Positions 24,810 through 34,247 are shown, numbered from the stretch's first letter. The stretch: DNA of 64,000 bases from Vicinamibacterales bacterium (GCA_965197385.1 CBDANA010000007.1:68054-132053); one strand, 5' to 3'. The notes: generated by a model not told the origin, from the letters alone. Program-made: numbers and translations.

Positions 24810-25343
24810 ATGCAGATCAGACGGTGGGTAGTGGGCGTGATTCTCTTCGGCTGCCTGACCCCGGCGACCGCATTGGCCGACGGGATGTTCACGACGTTTA
24901 TCGGCGGCGCGATGAGCGAGAGGACCTACGGGCTGTCGATCGCCGCCATGGGGCAGGAAACCATCGGGTTCGAGTTCGACCTTGGCTTCACGCCGGACTT
25001 CTTCGCCCAGACCGATCCTGACACCAAGAACAATCTGCTGACGGTGATGGGCAATCTGATCGTCGGTGTGCCGATCGGCCCCGTCCGGCCCTATGCCGTG
25101 GGTGGCATCGGGATCATGCGCAGCCGCATCACCGGCGTCTCCGACATCATCGACGTGAACCGGAACGACTTCGGCATCGATTTCGGCGCCGGTATCATGG
25201 GCTTCTTCAACGACAGCGTCGGCATTCGGGGCGAGTTCCGGTACTTCCGCAGCCTGGAGGACCAGGTGGGCGGCTTCCCCGACTTCGACCTCAGCGAATT
25301 CGACTTCTGGCGGGGGTCGGTCGGCGTGGTGTTCCGATTCTAG
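24810..25343 (+). CDS. small outer-membrane beta-barrel protein
   Basis: Signal peptide (WVVGVILFGCLTPATALA), alternating hydrophobic beta-strand pattern, and a C-terminal ...GVVFRF aromatic terminus. Confidence 0.8.
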   Translation: MQIRRWVVGVILFGCLTPATALADGMFTTFIGGAMSERTYGLSIAAMGQETIGFEFDLGFTPDFFAQTDPDTKNNLLTVMGNLIVGVPIGPVRPYAVGGIGIMRSRITGVSDIIDVNRNDFGIDFGAGIMGFFNDSVGIRGEFRYFRSLEDQVGGFPDFDLSEFDFWRGSVGVVFRF

Positions 25344-25442
25344 ATCGCCCGTGCGAGGTCGACGACGCGACGGCCCGGCACTGATGAGGAACTCGAAGCG
25401 GACGCCGTGCTCGACGACGAGTCCTAGCAGCTAGCCACCCTG

Positions 25443-26159
25443 CTAGCCTGGAGAATCCAGCCCACCGGTATCCGCGGCGGCCGCCAGAACCTTCTCGGCG
25501 GGGCCGGCGGCCGTCACCCGACCGCGCTCGAGGTGAATCACCCAGTCGGCGATCGCCCGCACCTCGTCGGCATGATGCGACACATACAGCATCGGCACGC
25601 GCAGGTCGTCGCGCACCCGCACGAGATAGGGCAACACCCGCGCGCGCAGCTCGACGTCGAGGGCGCTCAGCGGCTCGTCCAGGAGCAACAAGTCAGGCGC
25701 CGCCATGAGTGCGCGCGCAATCGCCACACGCTGGCGCTCGCCGCCCGACAACTGCCCGACACGGCGATCGAGGAACAGCGCGAGATCGAGGAGGTCGAGC
25801 ACGTGCTCGAGCATGTTCGAGGTCGACCGCCCCGCGCCGTACATCACGTTGCGCCGGACGTCCATGTGGGGAAAGAGCGTGACGTCCTGCGGTACGTACC
25901 CCACCCGACGATGGCGCGCCGGAAGATCGACGTGAGCCTTGGAATCGAACAGCACGTGGTCGCCCGTCTGGATGCGACCGCGATGCGGCCGGCGCAGCCC
26001 GGCGACCGTGTCGAGGACCATTGTCTTACCGGCACCCGACCGACCGTAGAGCGCCACGGCCCGATCCGCAACCTGCTCGTGCATCTCGAGGACAAAGTCG
26101 TCTTGCCGCAGGACGAAGTCGAGGGTCAGGGCAAACGACATGTCAGCACGGTCTGTCAT
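25443..26159 (-). CDS. modC: molybdate ABC transporter ATP-binding protein (short form without TOBE domain)
   Basis: Walker A GRSGAGKT, signature LSGGERQRVAIARAL, Walker B LLLLDEP. The ATG overlaps the modB stop (ATGA). The rest of the 534-aa ORF in the track is an out-of-frame artefact. Confidence 0.88.
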   Translation of the reverse strand: MTDRADMSFALTLDFVLRQDDFVLEMHEQVADRAVALYGRSGAGKTMVLDTVAGLRRPHRGRIQTGDHVLFDSKAHVDLPARHRRVGYVPQDVTLFPHMDVRRNVMYGAGRSTSNMLEHVLDLLDLALFLDRRVGQLSGGERQRVAIARALMAAPDLLLLDEPLSALDVELRARVLPYLVRVRDDLRVPMLYVSHHADEVRAIADWVIHLERGRVTAAGPAEKVLAAAADTGGLDSPG

Positions 26160-26812
26160 GATTGCGCGAGACGATTCGACACCCATAAGGCGCCGAAGGC
26201 GATGCAGACCGAGACCAAGAGCAGCCCGGCGGCGGCTGCGTCGTTGCCGACCTCGGTATAGCTGTAGATGCCGGCCGCAATCGTCCGCGTGCTGCCCGGG
26301 ATGCTGCCCGCCACCATGACCGTGGCGCCAAACTCCCCGAGCGCACGGGAGAACGCCAGGAGCGTTCCGGCCATCAACCCGCGGCCGGCCAGCGGCAAGC
26401 TGACGGTCATGAAGACCCTGAGCGGTCCCGCGCCCAGTGTCGCCGCCATCTGTTCGTACCGCCGGTCGACCTGCTCGAACGCGACCCGGCCGGCGCGGAC
26501 GAGTAGCGGCAGCCCCATGACCGCCATGGCCAGCACGACCGCCTTCCAGGTGAAGATCACGTCGACACCAGTTGCCGCGAGCAGACGTCCGAGCGCACCG
26601 CGCCGGCCGAACAGGTTGAGCAAGATGAGTCCGGTCGCCACCGGCGGGATTACGAGCGGTAGGGCGACCAGCGTCTCGAGCGCGGTCCGCCCGAGGAAGC
26701 GATGCCGCGCGAACAACCAGGCCAGCCCGATGCCAGGGGGCAGCATCACAATGGTCGCCACCCCTGCGACGGTCACGGTGAACCAGGCTACCTGCCAGAC
26801 GTCGGTCGTCAT
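26156..26812 (-). CDS. modB: molybdate ABC transporter permease
   Basis: 218 aa with 5 TM helices and an EAA-like loop (FSRALGEFGATVMVAG). Lies between modA and modC. Confidence 0.92.
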   Translation of the reverse strand: MTTDVWQVAWFTVTVAGVATIVMLPPGIGLAWLFARHRFLGRTALETLVALPLVIPPVATGLILLNLFGRRGALGRLLAATGVDVIFTWKAVVLAMAVMGLPLLVRAGRVAFEQVDRRYEQMAATLGAGPLRVFMTVSLPLAGRGLMAGTLLAFSRALGEFGATVMVAGSIPGSTRTIAAGIYSYTEVGNDAAAAGLLLVSVCIAFGALWVSNRLAQS

Positions 26813-27621
26813 GGCACGATCGCGCTCCCGCGCGAGGCGAGCACGATGAAGCCCGCCCGCTCGAAGACGGTCTTGGCGGATGCGCTCCGCAGAAACCGGA
26901 GAAACGCGGCGGCGGCGGTTCCGTTCGGGCTGCCCTCGATGAGGGCGATAGGATAGACGATGGCCGGCGCCTCGGCCAACGGGATCTCGAACGCGACGAC
27001 GGCGCGCGGCGCGATGGCGGCGTCGGTCCGATAGACAAACGCCGCATCGACGTTGCCCGTCTCGACCGCCGACAGCGCCGCCCTCACCGAACTCGTCGGA
27101 ACGAACTTCCCTGCCAGATCGTCCCAGATTACCCGGGCCTCGAGATATTGACGCGCGTAGATCCCGGCCGGCACGGCGGCCGGGTCACCAATGGCAATCC
27201 GACGCACGGCCGCCGCTCGCAGATCGTCGAGCTGGCGCGGCGGCGCCGGCTGATCGTCTGGGGTCACGACGACGAGCTGATTCGACAGGAGCGCATCCCA
27301 GCTGTTCGCCCGCACTCGACCGACCACCTCCAGCCGTCGCATCTCGTCGACATTGGCGCTCAGGAAGAGATCGACCGGCGCGCCGGCGATGATTTGCCGC
27401 GCCAGCGTGTTCGACCCCGCGAGATTGAGCTCGACCCGGACGGCGGCTTCCGTCTCCTCGTAGAGGTCGACGAGCTGGGTCAGAACGTCGGTCAGACTGC
27501 TGGCCGCTGAGACGACGACGCGCACCGACTGCCGCGCGCCGGCCGATGCCGGAATCGCCGTCAGCAGCAGGACCAACCCGAACCAGCCGCCCAGCCGCCA
27601 CGGAAGAATTCGTCTTAGCAT
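26809..27621 (-). CDS. modA: molybdate ABC transporter substrate-binding protein
   Basis: 270 aa with a signal peptide. VSAASSLTD...FLSAN...GDPAAVPAGIYA is the ModA signature pattern. Overlaps modB by 4 nt. Confidence 0.9.
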   Translation of the reverse strand: MLRRILPWRLGGWFGLVLLLTAIPASAGARQSVRVVVSAASSLTDVLTQLVDLYEETEAAVRVELNLAGSNTLARQIIAGAPVDLFLSANVDEMRRLEVVGRVRANSWDALLSNQLVVVTPDDQPAPPRQLDDLRAAAVRRIAIGDPAAVPAGIYARQYLEARVIWDDLAGKFVPTSSVRAALSAVETGNVDAAFVYRTDAAIAPRAVVAFEIPLAEAPAIVYPIALIEGSPNGTAAAAFLRFLRSASAKTVFERAGFIVLASRGSAIVP

Positions 27622-27684
27622 CTGGAAAGATATATTTTAGTATGATATTGACCTATTTACCATACGATTCAAGGTGATTTCAAC
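27622..27684. promoter_or_regulatory. AT-rich divergent promoter/operator region of modABC and the HTH-TOBE regulator
   Basis: 63 bp, strikingly AT-rich for this sequence (AGATATATTTTAGTATGATATTGACCTATTTACCATACGAT). It holds TATAT/ATATA-type half-sites reminiscent of ModE Mo-boxes. Exact sites are not defined. Confidence 0.35.
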
Positions 27685-28134
27685 ATGCTATTGACCGTTC
27701 GGGAGGCGGCGACGCGGCTCGGCGTCAGCTATTCGACGCTGAAACAGTGGATTTTCAAGGGCAGCGTCCGGACGACCCGGACCGACGGCGGCCACCACCG
27801 GATTGCCGAGACGGAGGTGGATCGGCTGCTGGCTCGCCAGGGCGCGCTACCCGCCGCCCGCCGCGCCGGTGCAGACGACCACGGCGTCCTCGTCTCGATC
27901 AGCGGCCGCAATCAGCTCAGGGGGGTGATCGACGAGGTCCGCATGGAGGGGCTGCTGGCGCAGGTCCGGCTGCGCGTCGGCAATCAGACCTTGACCGCCG
28001 TCATCACGCGCGACGCCGTATCGGCGCTCAAGCTGAAGCGGGGCAGTCCGGCCATGGCGATCATCAAGTCCACCGAGGTCATGATCGCGACGGAGGCCGA
28101 ACCGGCGCCTCCACGGCGCCGGAAGGGATCTTAG
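27685..28134 (+). CDS. HTH (excisionase/MerR-type) plus TOBE/Mop domain protein; probable molybdate-responsive regulator
   Basis: The N-terminal LLTVREAATRLGVSYSTLKQWIFKG is HTH. The C-terminal SGRNQLRGVIDEV...LAQVRLRVGNQTLTAVITRDAVSALKLKRGSPAMAIIKSTEVMI is a TOBE/Mop fold pattern. Confidence 0.8.
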   Translation: MLLTVREAATRLGVSYSTLKQWIFKGSVRTTRTDGGHHRIAETEVDRLLARQGALPAARRAGADDHGVLVSISGRNQLRGVIDEVRMEGLLAQVRLRVGNQTLTAVITRDAVSALKLKRGSPAMAIIKSTEVMIATEAEPAPPRRRKGS

Positions 28135-28548
28135 CTACCGCGCCGGCGTCGTCTCGCCGCGGTGGCAGGTGTTGCAGGTCAGCCGCCGCCCAGCCTCGGC
28201 GCTCATCGGCGCCGGCAGCAGGTCATTATTGATCGCCCTGACCATCTTGATCATCTGCCGGGCGATCCCTTTGTGCTCGTGCTCGTCCAACGCGAACTCG
28301 AAATCAGCTAAGCTGTTGATGTCGCCGTTGTTGATGTGACAGTGGTTGCAGCGCACGCCCAACGCCTGCGTCACCGACTTCATCAGCCCGATCAGGTCTT
28401 CTTGCGCGATGTCCTGCGGCAACACCTGGAGATTCGCGAACTCGTCCGGAATCTGCGCCGACGCCTGGGTAGGGGTCATCAGCAGCACTGCCAGTCCGAG
28501 CCCACACGCAAATGCCACCGTCCGTCCGATCGACCGTCGTTGCTTCAT
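28135..28548 (-). CDS. dihaem c-type cytochrome (reaction-centre cytochrome c subunit-like family)
   Basis: Signal peptide and two CXXCH motifs (CNHCH, CNTCH). Confidence 0.8.
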   Translation of the reverse strand: MKQRRSIGRTVAFACGLGLAVLLMTPTQASAQIPDEFANLQVLPQDIAQEDLIGLMKSVTQALGVRCNHCHINNGDINSLADFEFALDEHEHKGIARQMIKMVRAINNDLLPAPMSAEAGRRLTCNTCHRGETTPAR

Positions 28549-28671
28549 GCCTGCCCCTTTCGGCGCCCGTCAGCCCCATACGCCCTCATGATTTCTGACG
28601 ATGAATGTCATTGGCATTGCGACCCGCAATCTCGGCCATCGCAAGCGACGGCCCGGCCGAAGCTTCAAGAC

Positions 28672-30297
28672 TCAGTACTGCCACCACGGCGTTGTCACGC
28701 CGTCCGGCTTCTTGCGCATGATGTGCTGTGCCATCTCGCGCAGCCGCTCCGCCCGCGTCACCGGGCCCCGGAAGCAGTGCCCCTTGCCGTCGCCGTACAT
28801 AAAGAACCCCTCGTAGTGCGGGTTCTCTGTCGTCTTCATCCACTGCTCGAGCTCTCGGGTCGAATTGTTCAGGTAGAAGTTGTCCATCGTCCCAGTGTAG
28901 ATGCGGAGCTTGTCGACCAGCTTCGGTCCGACCTCGGTCCAGTTTCGGCGCAGATAGTGCAGCAGGTCGTAGTGCTCGCGCCAGTAGGCCGAGACCTCGG
29001 CATTCATCGCGCCGGTCCGCTTGTCGAACAGGGGCTCGAAGTAGCCGTCGTCGCCGATCGGCCCGAAGACGGCCGACCAGATGTCGAGCTACTGGCCCGA
29101 CCGCCCCTTCGTGCCGCTGACCAGCTCGAAATAATTCCGTTGACGTGATGTCAGCCGCACCTCGCCGGTCACTTCCCGGGTATTGGCGGTCGGCACGCGC
29201 CGCCACTCGTGCTGCTTGTAGAAGGCATTGACGTCCGCGTAAACGTTGATGCCCTCGACATCGGTGAAGGTCACCGGGTCGGGACAGTAGGACCAGGTGC
29301 CGCCGAAGAAGTCGGGGTGGTAGACCTGCAGGGCCAGCGACTCCCATCCGCCGGTCGACCCGCCCGACAGCACCCGGGCGTAAGGCTCCCGAATGACGCG
29401 GAATCGCTGTTCGATCTCCGGAATCAGTTCCTGCATGATCGCGTCGCCGTACGGCCCGAGGTTGACCGAATTGACGGCGTACGAATCATCGAAATACGGA
29501 TTCGAGTGCTGGAACGTGACCTGGATCATCCTCGGGAAATCGTCCTTGATCCACTCGCGATACAGATCGTCGCCCACCTGGAATCGATCCGGCGCGGCCA
29601 ACGAGAAGTGTCCCTGGATGTAATTGGCCGGATAGCCGATCGTCGTGCTGGCGTAGTCGCGCGGCAGCAGGACGGTCGCGCCAACGTAGATCGGACGCCC
29701 CCCCAACTGGGTGAGCATCGGACTCTGAAACTTAAATCGGCGCACCCACTCGGTATCGGGCGGTATCTCGATCGGCGGAATCACGTTCGACGCGCTCAGG
29801 GCAATTACCCCGTCGGCGTCAGGGTCGAGCCGCATCAGCTCGACGTCGCTGTGGAGGTTCCTTGGCGACCGGTTCCAGTGCTGCCCTTCCCACTGGTCGT
29901 CGTGCATCCAGACGACGTGGCCGTCCGCGCGCCTGAACTCGGAGTAGACGTTCACGAAGCTCTGCACGTAGTAGTAGCCGGCTGGAATGTCCGCGAGGCT
30001 CGCGACCGGCGAGCCGAGATCGGTCGCGTCGATGACGCCCGCCTCGCCGGGCGCCAACTGCTCGACGTCACGCCCGAAGAACGGGACGCCAGTACGGCCA
30101 ATTTGCAGCCTTGGCTCGCGGTCGTTCGTCCGCGAGACCATCATGTAGATCCGGCCGGTCACCGGCTCGGCGTGCACCGACGCAGGAAAGGACAGTTCGA
30201 AGCGCTGCTCGGCGGTGGCCGGTGCCGAGCCGCCCAGCGCGGCGGCTCCGACGAAGACCGCGACCGCGACCGCTCCGATGGACAACTCGACTCGCAT
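28672..30297 (-). pseudogene. secreted esterase (enterochelin-esterase-like alpha/beta hydrolase) with a single in-frame TAG
   Basis: ORFs 29089..30297 and 28672..29007 are in the same frame. Homology-like sequence continues straight across the TAG at 29089..29091 (...GTKGRSGQ*LDIWSAVFGPIGDDGYFEPLFDKRTGAMNAEV...). The hydrolase core is GGSTGGWESL. Confidence 0.75.
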
Positions 30298-30349
30298 AAT
30301 TCCCTCCTCTCAATCGGTGGGAGACGCCGACCGCCGGCTTCCTCGTCGT

Positions 30350-30379
30350 GGTAGTGGTCAAGTAAACTTGACCACTACC
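30350..30379. promoter_or_regulatory. 30-bp perfect palindrome, candidate operator upstream of the esterase gene
   Basis: GGTAGTGGTCAAGT-AA-ACTTGACCACTACC, with 14-bp arms, lies 53-82 nt upstream of the esterase start. Confidence 0.5.
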
Positions 30380-30505
30380 CTCATCGTTGACAGGGCCGAC
30401 GGCAGCTGGGGTCACCCCCGCACCACGCAACACTCGGTTCCGGCTGGTGCCTACCCTTTGCCGGGACAGGACTTTCACCTGCTGGGTTCCTCTAGAAAGT
30501 TTCCG

Positions 30506-31077
30506 TCATGTCGTGCGTGCTACATGGCTTCCCTTTCTCCAAGCTTCGCCTGGCGTAATTTCCGCGGAAATGCGGAGGCCCTCCAGTGCCGCCTGGCCGG
30601 CCGGTTCGTCCACGGCGTCCCCGGTCAGGACGCTCTTGTCCACGTGGACGACGACCTGGTAGCGATCGCCCGCTATACCTCGGTCCAAGTCAGCTGCCAG
30701 CGCGCTCTCGGCCACCAGCCCCATCGCGTCGGCCCGCCGCTGGCCGGCGGACATCTCGGCACCGTCGTCGGCGTCCTCTGTCGCCGCCCGGGCCTCCTGG
30801 TGGAGGCGGTCGGCCGCCGCCTCGAGCGCGCGCCGCACGACCGCCCCTACCTCCGGTGACAGCCGGCCGCGAATCACCACCATCCCGTCGTCATCACCCA
30901 GGTTTCGAGATGGCGCCGTTCATGCCGGCGCTGGTCGTCGGCCGCCTCGGCCACCCGGTCGACCCGCCGCCAGGCCCGGCGGATCAACATCTCCGGAGCC
31001 GGCCGGGCTGCTGGGAACGCCACGGGTCGCGGGGAATTGTGGAAGGGTGGCGGGAGTGACAGAGCTCTCAGACGCAT
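30506..31077 (-). pseudogene. DUF222/HNH-endonuclease-family remnant (frameshifted, 3'-truncated)
   Basis: GRLSPEVGAVVRRALEAAADRL...SAGQRRADAMGLVAE...YQVVVHVDKSVLTG...LEGLRISAE resembles the DUF222 region of 13E12-type HNH endonucleases. The upstream piece (...RRHERRHLETWV) is in another frame, consistent with a 1-nt loss at TGGGTG(G)ATGAC. No HNH domain follows. Confidence 0.55.
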
Positions 31078-31336
31078 GGGTTACGACAGGCATGCGCCTA
31101 TCATAACCCCTTATTTTTCAGGGCTTTGACAGCCGTCGAGCGCAACGACTGGAGCCTAAATGTTCGTTTTTGTCTCGCCTCTCGAGAAATCGTCGCTGGC
31201 GGCCCGCTGAGAGGCTCACAGGGGCGGTTCTGCAGCGGTCCGGGACCCCGGGGAATCTGCCACCAGAAAGCTGTCAAGCGGAAAATGTCATGCGGCGCGA
31301 GCGCAACCGACCCGACTCTTCCGGTAGGCTCTCGGG

Positions 31337-33658
31337 ATGGGACCGCAGTCCCTCGCCGGGCCGCTCGTCGGCATCGCCCTGGTCGTTTCCGTCGGATGCG
31401 GTGCGCCGAGCGAGGTCTCGGTCTCGAACGCGCGCGCCCACCTGACGATGCTGGCCGAGGAGATCGGCCGACGGCCACTCGGCACCGACGCCAACGCATC
31501 GGCGCGCGCGTATCTCATCGCCGAGCTCGAGCGTAGCGGTTTCTCGGTCCGGGTGCAGCAGGCGCGGGTCACCCATCCGGTCACGGGCCTTTCGGCCCAG
31601 GTGTTCAACATCATCGCAGTAGCCCCCGGCGAGACTACCGACGCGCTCGGCTTGATGGCGCACTACGACTCGGTCCCGGATGGGCCGGGCGCCGCTGACG
31701 ACGCATTCGGCGCGGCGGTCGCTGTGGAAGCGGCGCGCGTTCTCGCCGCCCGGCCCAACCGACGGCACACACTGCTCGTGCTGTTGACCGACGGCGAGGA
31801 GGTTGGCTTGCTGGGCGCGAGGGCGTTGCTCGACGCGCCAGAGGTCGCCGACCGCCTCCGCGCCTACCTGAACCTCGAAGCGATCGGCACCGGTGGACCG
31901 GCCTTCCTCTTCGAGGCCGGTCCCGGGCACGGCGGGCCGTTGCACGCCTGGGCGCGCCACGCGCCGTATCCGCGCGGCGCGTCTTTTGCGCTGGAAATCT
32001 ACCGGCGCCTGCCTCGCGATACCGACTTCTCGATCTTTCGGGAGGCCGGCATCCCAGGCTTGAACTTCGCCCTCGTCGGCGAAAGCTACGGGTATCACAC
32101 CGACCGCGACACCGCCGGTCGTATTGTCGACCGTGTGCTTCGACGCACAGGCGAGAACGTCGTCGCGACGCTCGCCGCGCTGGACCAGACCGACTGGACC
32201 GTTCCGCCGCCGCCCGACACGAGCTACTTCGACCTGCTCGGCCTGGCTGGCGTGAGCTACGGCGACACGGCCGGCCGGGTCGTCGCCGTGATGGCCGTGC
32301 TCGCGGCGATCGCTGCCTGGTGGCGAATCATCATACAGGCCATGATGGTGATCGGCATCCGGCGGATGCTGATGGCCCTGCTGTGGATCGTCTTCGGCAG
32401 CGCAGCGGTCGTGGGCAGCATGATTGCGGCGGCCTGGCTGCTGCGAACGCTGCGGGAGGTCTACCACCCGTGGTACGCCCACCCGGGCCGGCTGCTCGCC
32501 TGGCTGCTCGGCGCGTCGTCCGTCGCCGCGTGCGGCGTCTCCCGGCTGGCGAGCTCGATTGGCGCACCCGCCTCGCCGCACCCGGCGGCCATCTGGTGCT
32601 TCACCCTGCCGGTCTGGATGGCCCTGGCCGGATTGACCGAGTGGCTCGCGCCGGCCGCCGCCTTTCTCTGGACGGTGCCGCTGCTCGCCGCCGGGTTGGC
32701 GCTGCTCGGCCTGGCTCGCGGAGACGCCGCGTCGTACCGCGTCGCCTCCGCCGCGATCTTGCTCGTGGTCGGCGTGCTATGGCTGCGTGACGGCTGGCTG
32801 CTCCTCGAATTCCTCGTCACGGTGCTCGGTCGGCAGCCGATCGTCACCCCGCTCTGGCTCCTGCCCGCGTTCGTCACTGTCGTGGCCATGATGGTCGTCC
32901 CGCCGCTGGCCGCTTTGTGGGACTACGAGCGCCCGTGGTTGACGCCAGCCACCGCGACTGCAAGTGCCACCGTGCTCTGCGCTGGAGCGCTGGTTGCGGC
33001 GTACGTCGCACCGGCCTACACGGCGGACCGCCCGTTGCGCGCCACCGCCCGCTACCTGCAGCATGCCGGGACGGATGAGGCCGTGTGGGAGCTCGGGAGC
33101 AACGAACCGATGCTCGCGATAGTGATCGACGGACGCGCACTGGAATGGCGGCCGGCCGTGGATGCCTGGACACCGGCCGGTCAATGGATCGGTGCGCTGC
33201 CGCATCCGTTCGTCCTGCGCGCAATCGATCCGCGTCACCACGCCGTACCCGCGGCGATCTCGGCGTCGTTGGCGCGCCGTGGGAGTGATGGGCGATTTCG
33301 GCTCATCGTGGTCCCGGAGCACGAAGGCACGACGGTGGCAATCGTCTTCCCGCCGGACGTCGTCCCACGTGACGCGACGCTTCCCGGCATCGTCGGAGCC
33401 GACGGCCGATGGCGCGCCGGGCAGCTCGCGGTATCGGGCACGGGTATGGCGTTCGAGGCGACGCTCACCGACGCCGCCGCGGACCTCCTTCACCAGAGCT
33501 TAGTGATCATCGAAACCTCGCGATTACCCGACGCGCCGGCGAACGGGCAGCCTACGTGGCTGCGTACGGAGCACATTGCCTGGCGAACCACCGCCAGCTA
33601 CGTCCAACCGCTCGCCGGGCTGATCGCAGAGGGAAATCCGCCAGGCTCCGCACGCTGA
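31337..33658 (+). CDS. M28-family metallopeptidase fused to a large polytopic membrane domain
   Basis: MAHYDSVPDGPGAADDAFGAAVAVEAARVLA...LLTDGEEVGLLGA are M28 zinc-ligand motifs. At least 8 hydrophobic helices follow, then a C-terminal soluble domain. Confidence 0.85.
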   Translation: MGPQSLAGPLVGIALVVSVGCGAPSEVSVSNARAHLTMLAEEIGRRPLGTDANASARAYLIAELERSGFSVRVQQARVTHPVTGLSAQVFNIIAVAPGETTDALGLMAHYDSVPDGPGAADDAFGAAVAVEAARVLAARPNRRHTLLVLLTDGEEVGLLGARALLDAPEVADRLRAYLNLEAIGTGGPAFLFEAGPGHGGPLHAWARHAPYPRGASFALEIYRRLPRDTDFSIFREAGIPGLNFALVGESYGYHTDRDTAGRIVDRVLRRTGENVVATLAALDQTDWTVPPPPDTSYFDLLGLAGVSYGDTAGRVVAVMAVLAAIAAWWRIIIQAMMVIGIRRMLMALLWIVFGSAAVVGSMIAAAWLLRTLREVYHPWYAHPGRLLAWLLGASSVAACGVSRLASSIGAPASPHPAAIWCFTLPVWMALAGLTEWLAPAAAFLWTVPLLAAGLALLGLARGDAASYRVASAAILLVVGVLWLRDGWLLLEFLVTVLGRQPIVTPLWLLPAFVTVVAMMVVPPLAALWDYERPWLTPATATASATVLCAGALVAAYVAPAYTADRPLRATARYLQHAGTDEAVWELGSNEPMLAIVIDGRALEWRPAVDAWTPAGQWIGALPHPFVLRAIDPRHHAVPAAISASLARRGSDGRFRLIVVPEHEGTTVAIVFPPDVVPRDATLPGIVGADGRWRAGQLAVSGTGMAFEATLTDAAADLLHQSLVIIETSRLPDAPANGQPTWLRTEHIAWRTTASYVQPLAGLIAEGNPPGSAR

Positions 33659-33689
33659 GATCTGGTACGATCCCAAACACAATCACCCG

Positions 33690-34247
33690 ATGACCTGGAC
33701 GAACGCGGAAACACGTCTGGTGCGCCGCTGGATTGCGGTCGCGGTCCTGCTCGCGGCGATCGTGCGGCTCGACGCGCTCATGCAGTCGTCGATCCGTGGA
33801 CTCGAGCCACACCTTGAGGTCCTGTTCCCGCAGGCGACACGGTTCACCGGCAAGACCGGTACGCCGGCGCACATCAAGGTCTACCAGGATGACGCGGGTA
33901 CCGAGCAGTTGATCGGCTTCGTCTTTTCGACGATCGACATTGAGCCGCTCGAGCGCGGCTACGAAGGGCCGATCGAGATGCTCGTCGGCATGAACACGGG
34001 GGGCACGCTGCAGGGCGTCCGGATGATCGCGCACCGCGAGCCGTACGGCTACTTCTCGATCGAGCCGCCGGAATTCGCCGAGCAGTTCGTCGGCAAGAGC
34101 GTCCTCGAACGATTTCGTGTCGGCGACGACGTCGATGCGGTGACCACCGCGACGATCACGGTATCCAGCGCGACCCGGGTCATTCGAAAGGCGGCGCGCC
34201 GGGTCGCCCGGGAGTATCTCACCGGCGCCGAGAACGACCGCCCGTGA
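33690..34247 (+). CDS. FMN-binding domain protein (NosR/RnfG-type FMN_bind)
   Basis: N-terminal TM helix. ...IEMLVGMNTGGTLQGVRMIAHREPYGY...VDAVTTATITVSSATRVIRKA includes the covalent-FMN Thr/Ser motif region. Confidence 0.75.
   Translation: MTWTNAETRLVRRWIAVAVLLAAIVRLDALMQSSIRGLEPHLEVLFPQATRFTGKTGTPAHIKVYQDDAGTEQLIGFVFSTIDIEPLERGYEGPIEMLVGMNTGGTLQGVRMIAHREPYGYFSIEPPEFAEQFVGKSVLERFRVGDDVDAVTTATITVSSATRVIRKAARRVAREYLTGAENDRP

Noticed and set aside
25443-27047. 534-aa ORF spanning modC, modB and part of modA
   Set aside because: Only the last 238 codons (from the ATG at 26159, overlapping the modB stop) carry ABC ATPase motifs. The upstream part overlaps modB/modA in a different frame and is Arg-rich nonsense.
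27622-27684. Moco riboswitch upstream of modA
   Set aside because: The spacer is only 63 bp and AT-rich. It is too short and lacks the conserved Moco aptamer helices.
29089-29091. Pyrrolysine decoding of the in-frame TAG in the esterase (and the TAG at 59186)
   Set aside because: Many ordinary genes here end in TAG (ALDH, TDO-like). No pyl genes or methylamine methyltransferases are visible, and the permease also has TAA and frameshifts. A nonsense mutation or base error is far more likely.
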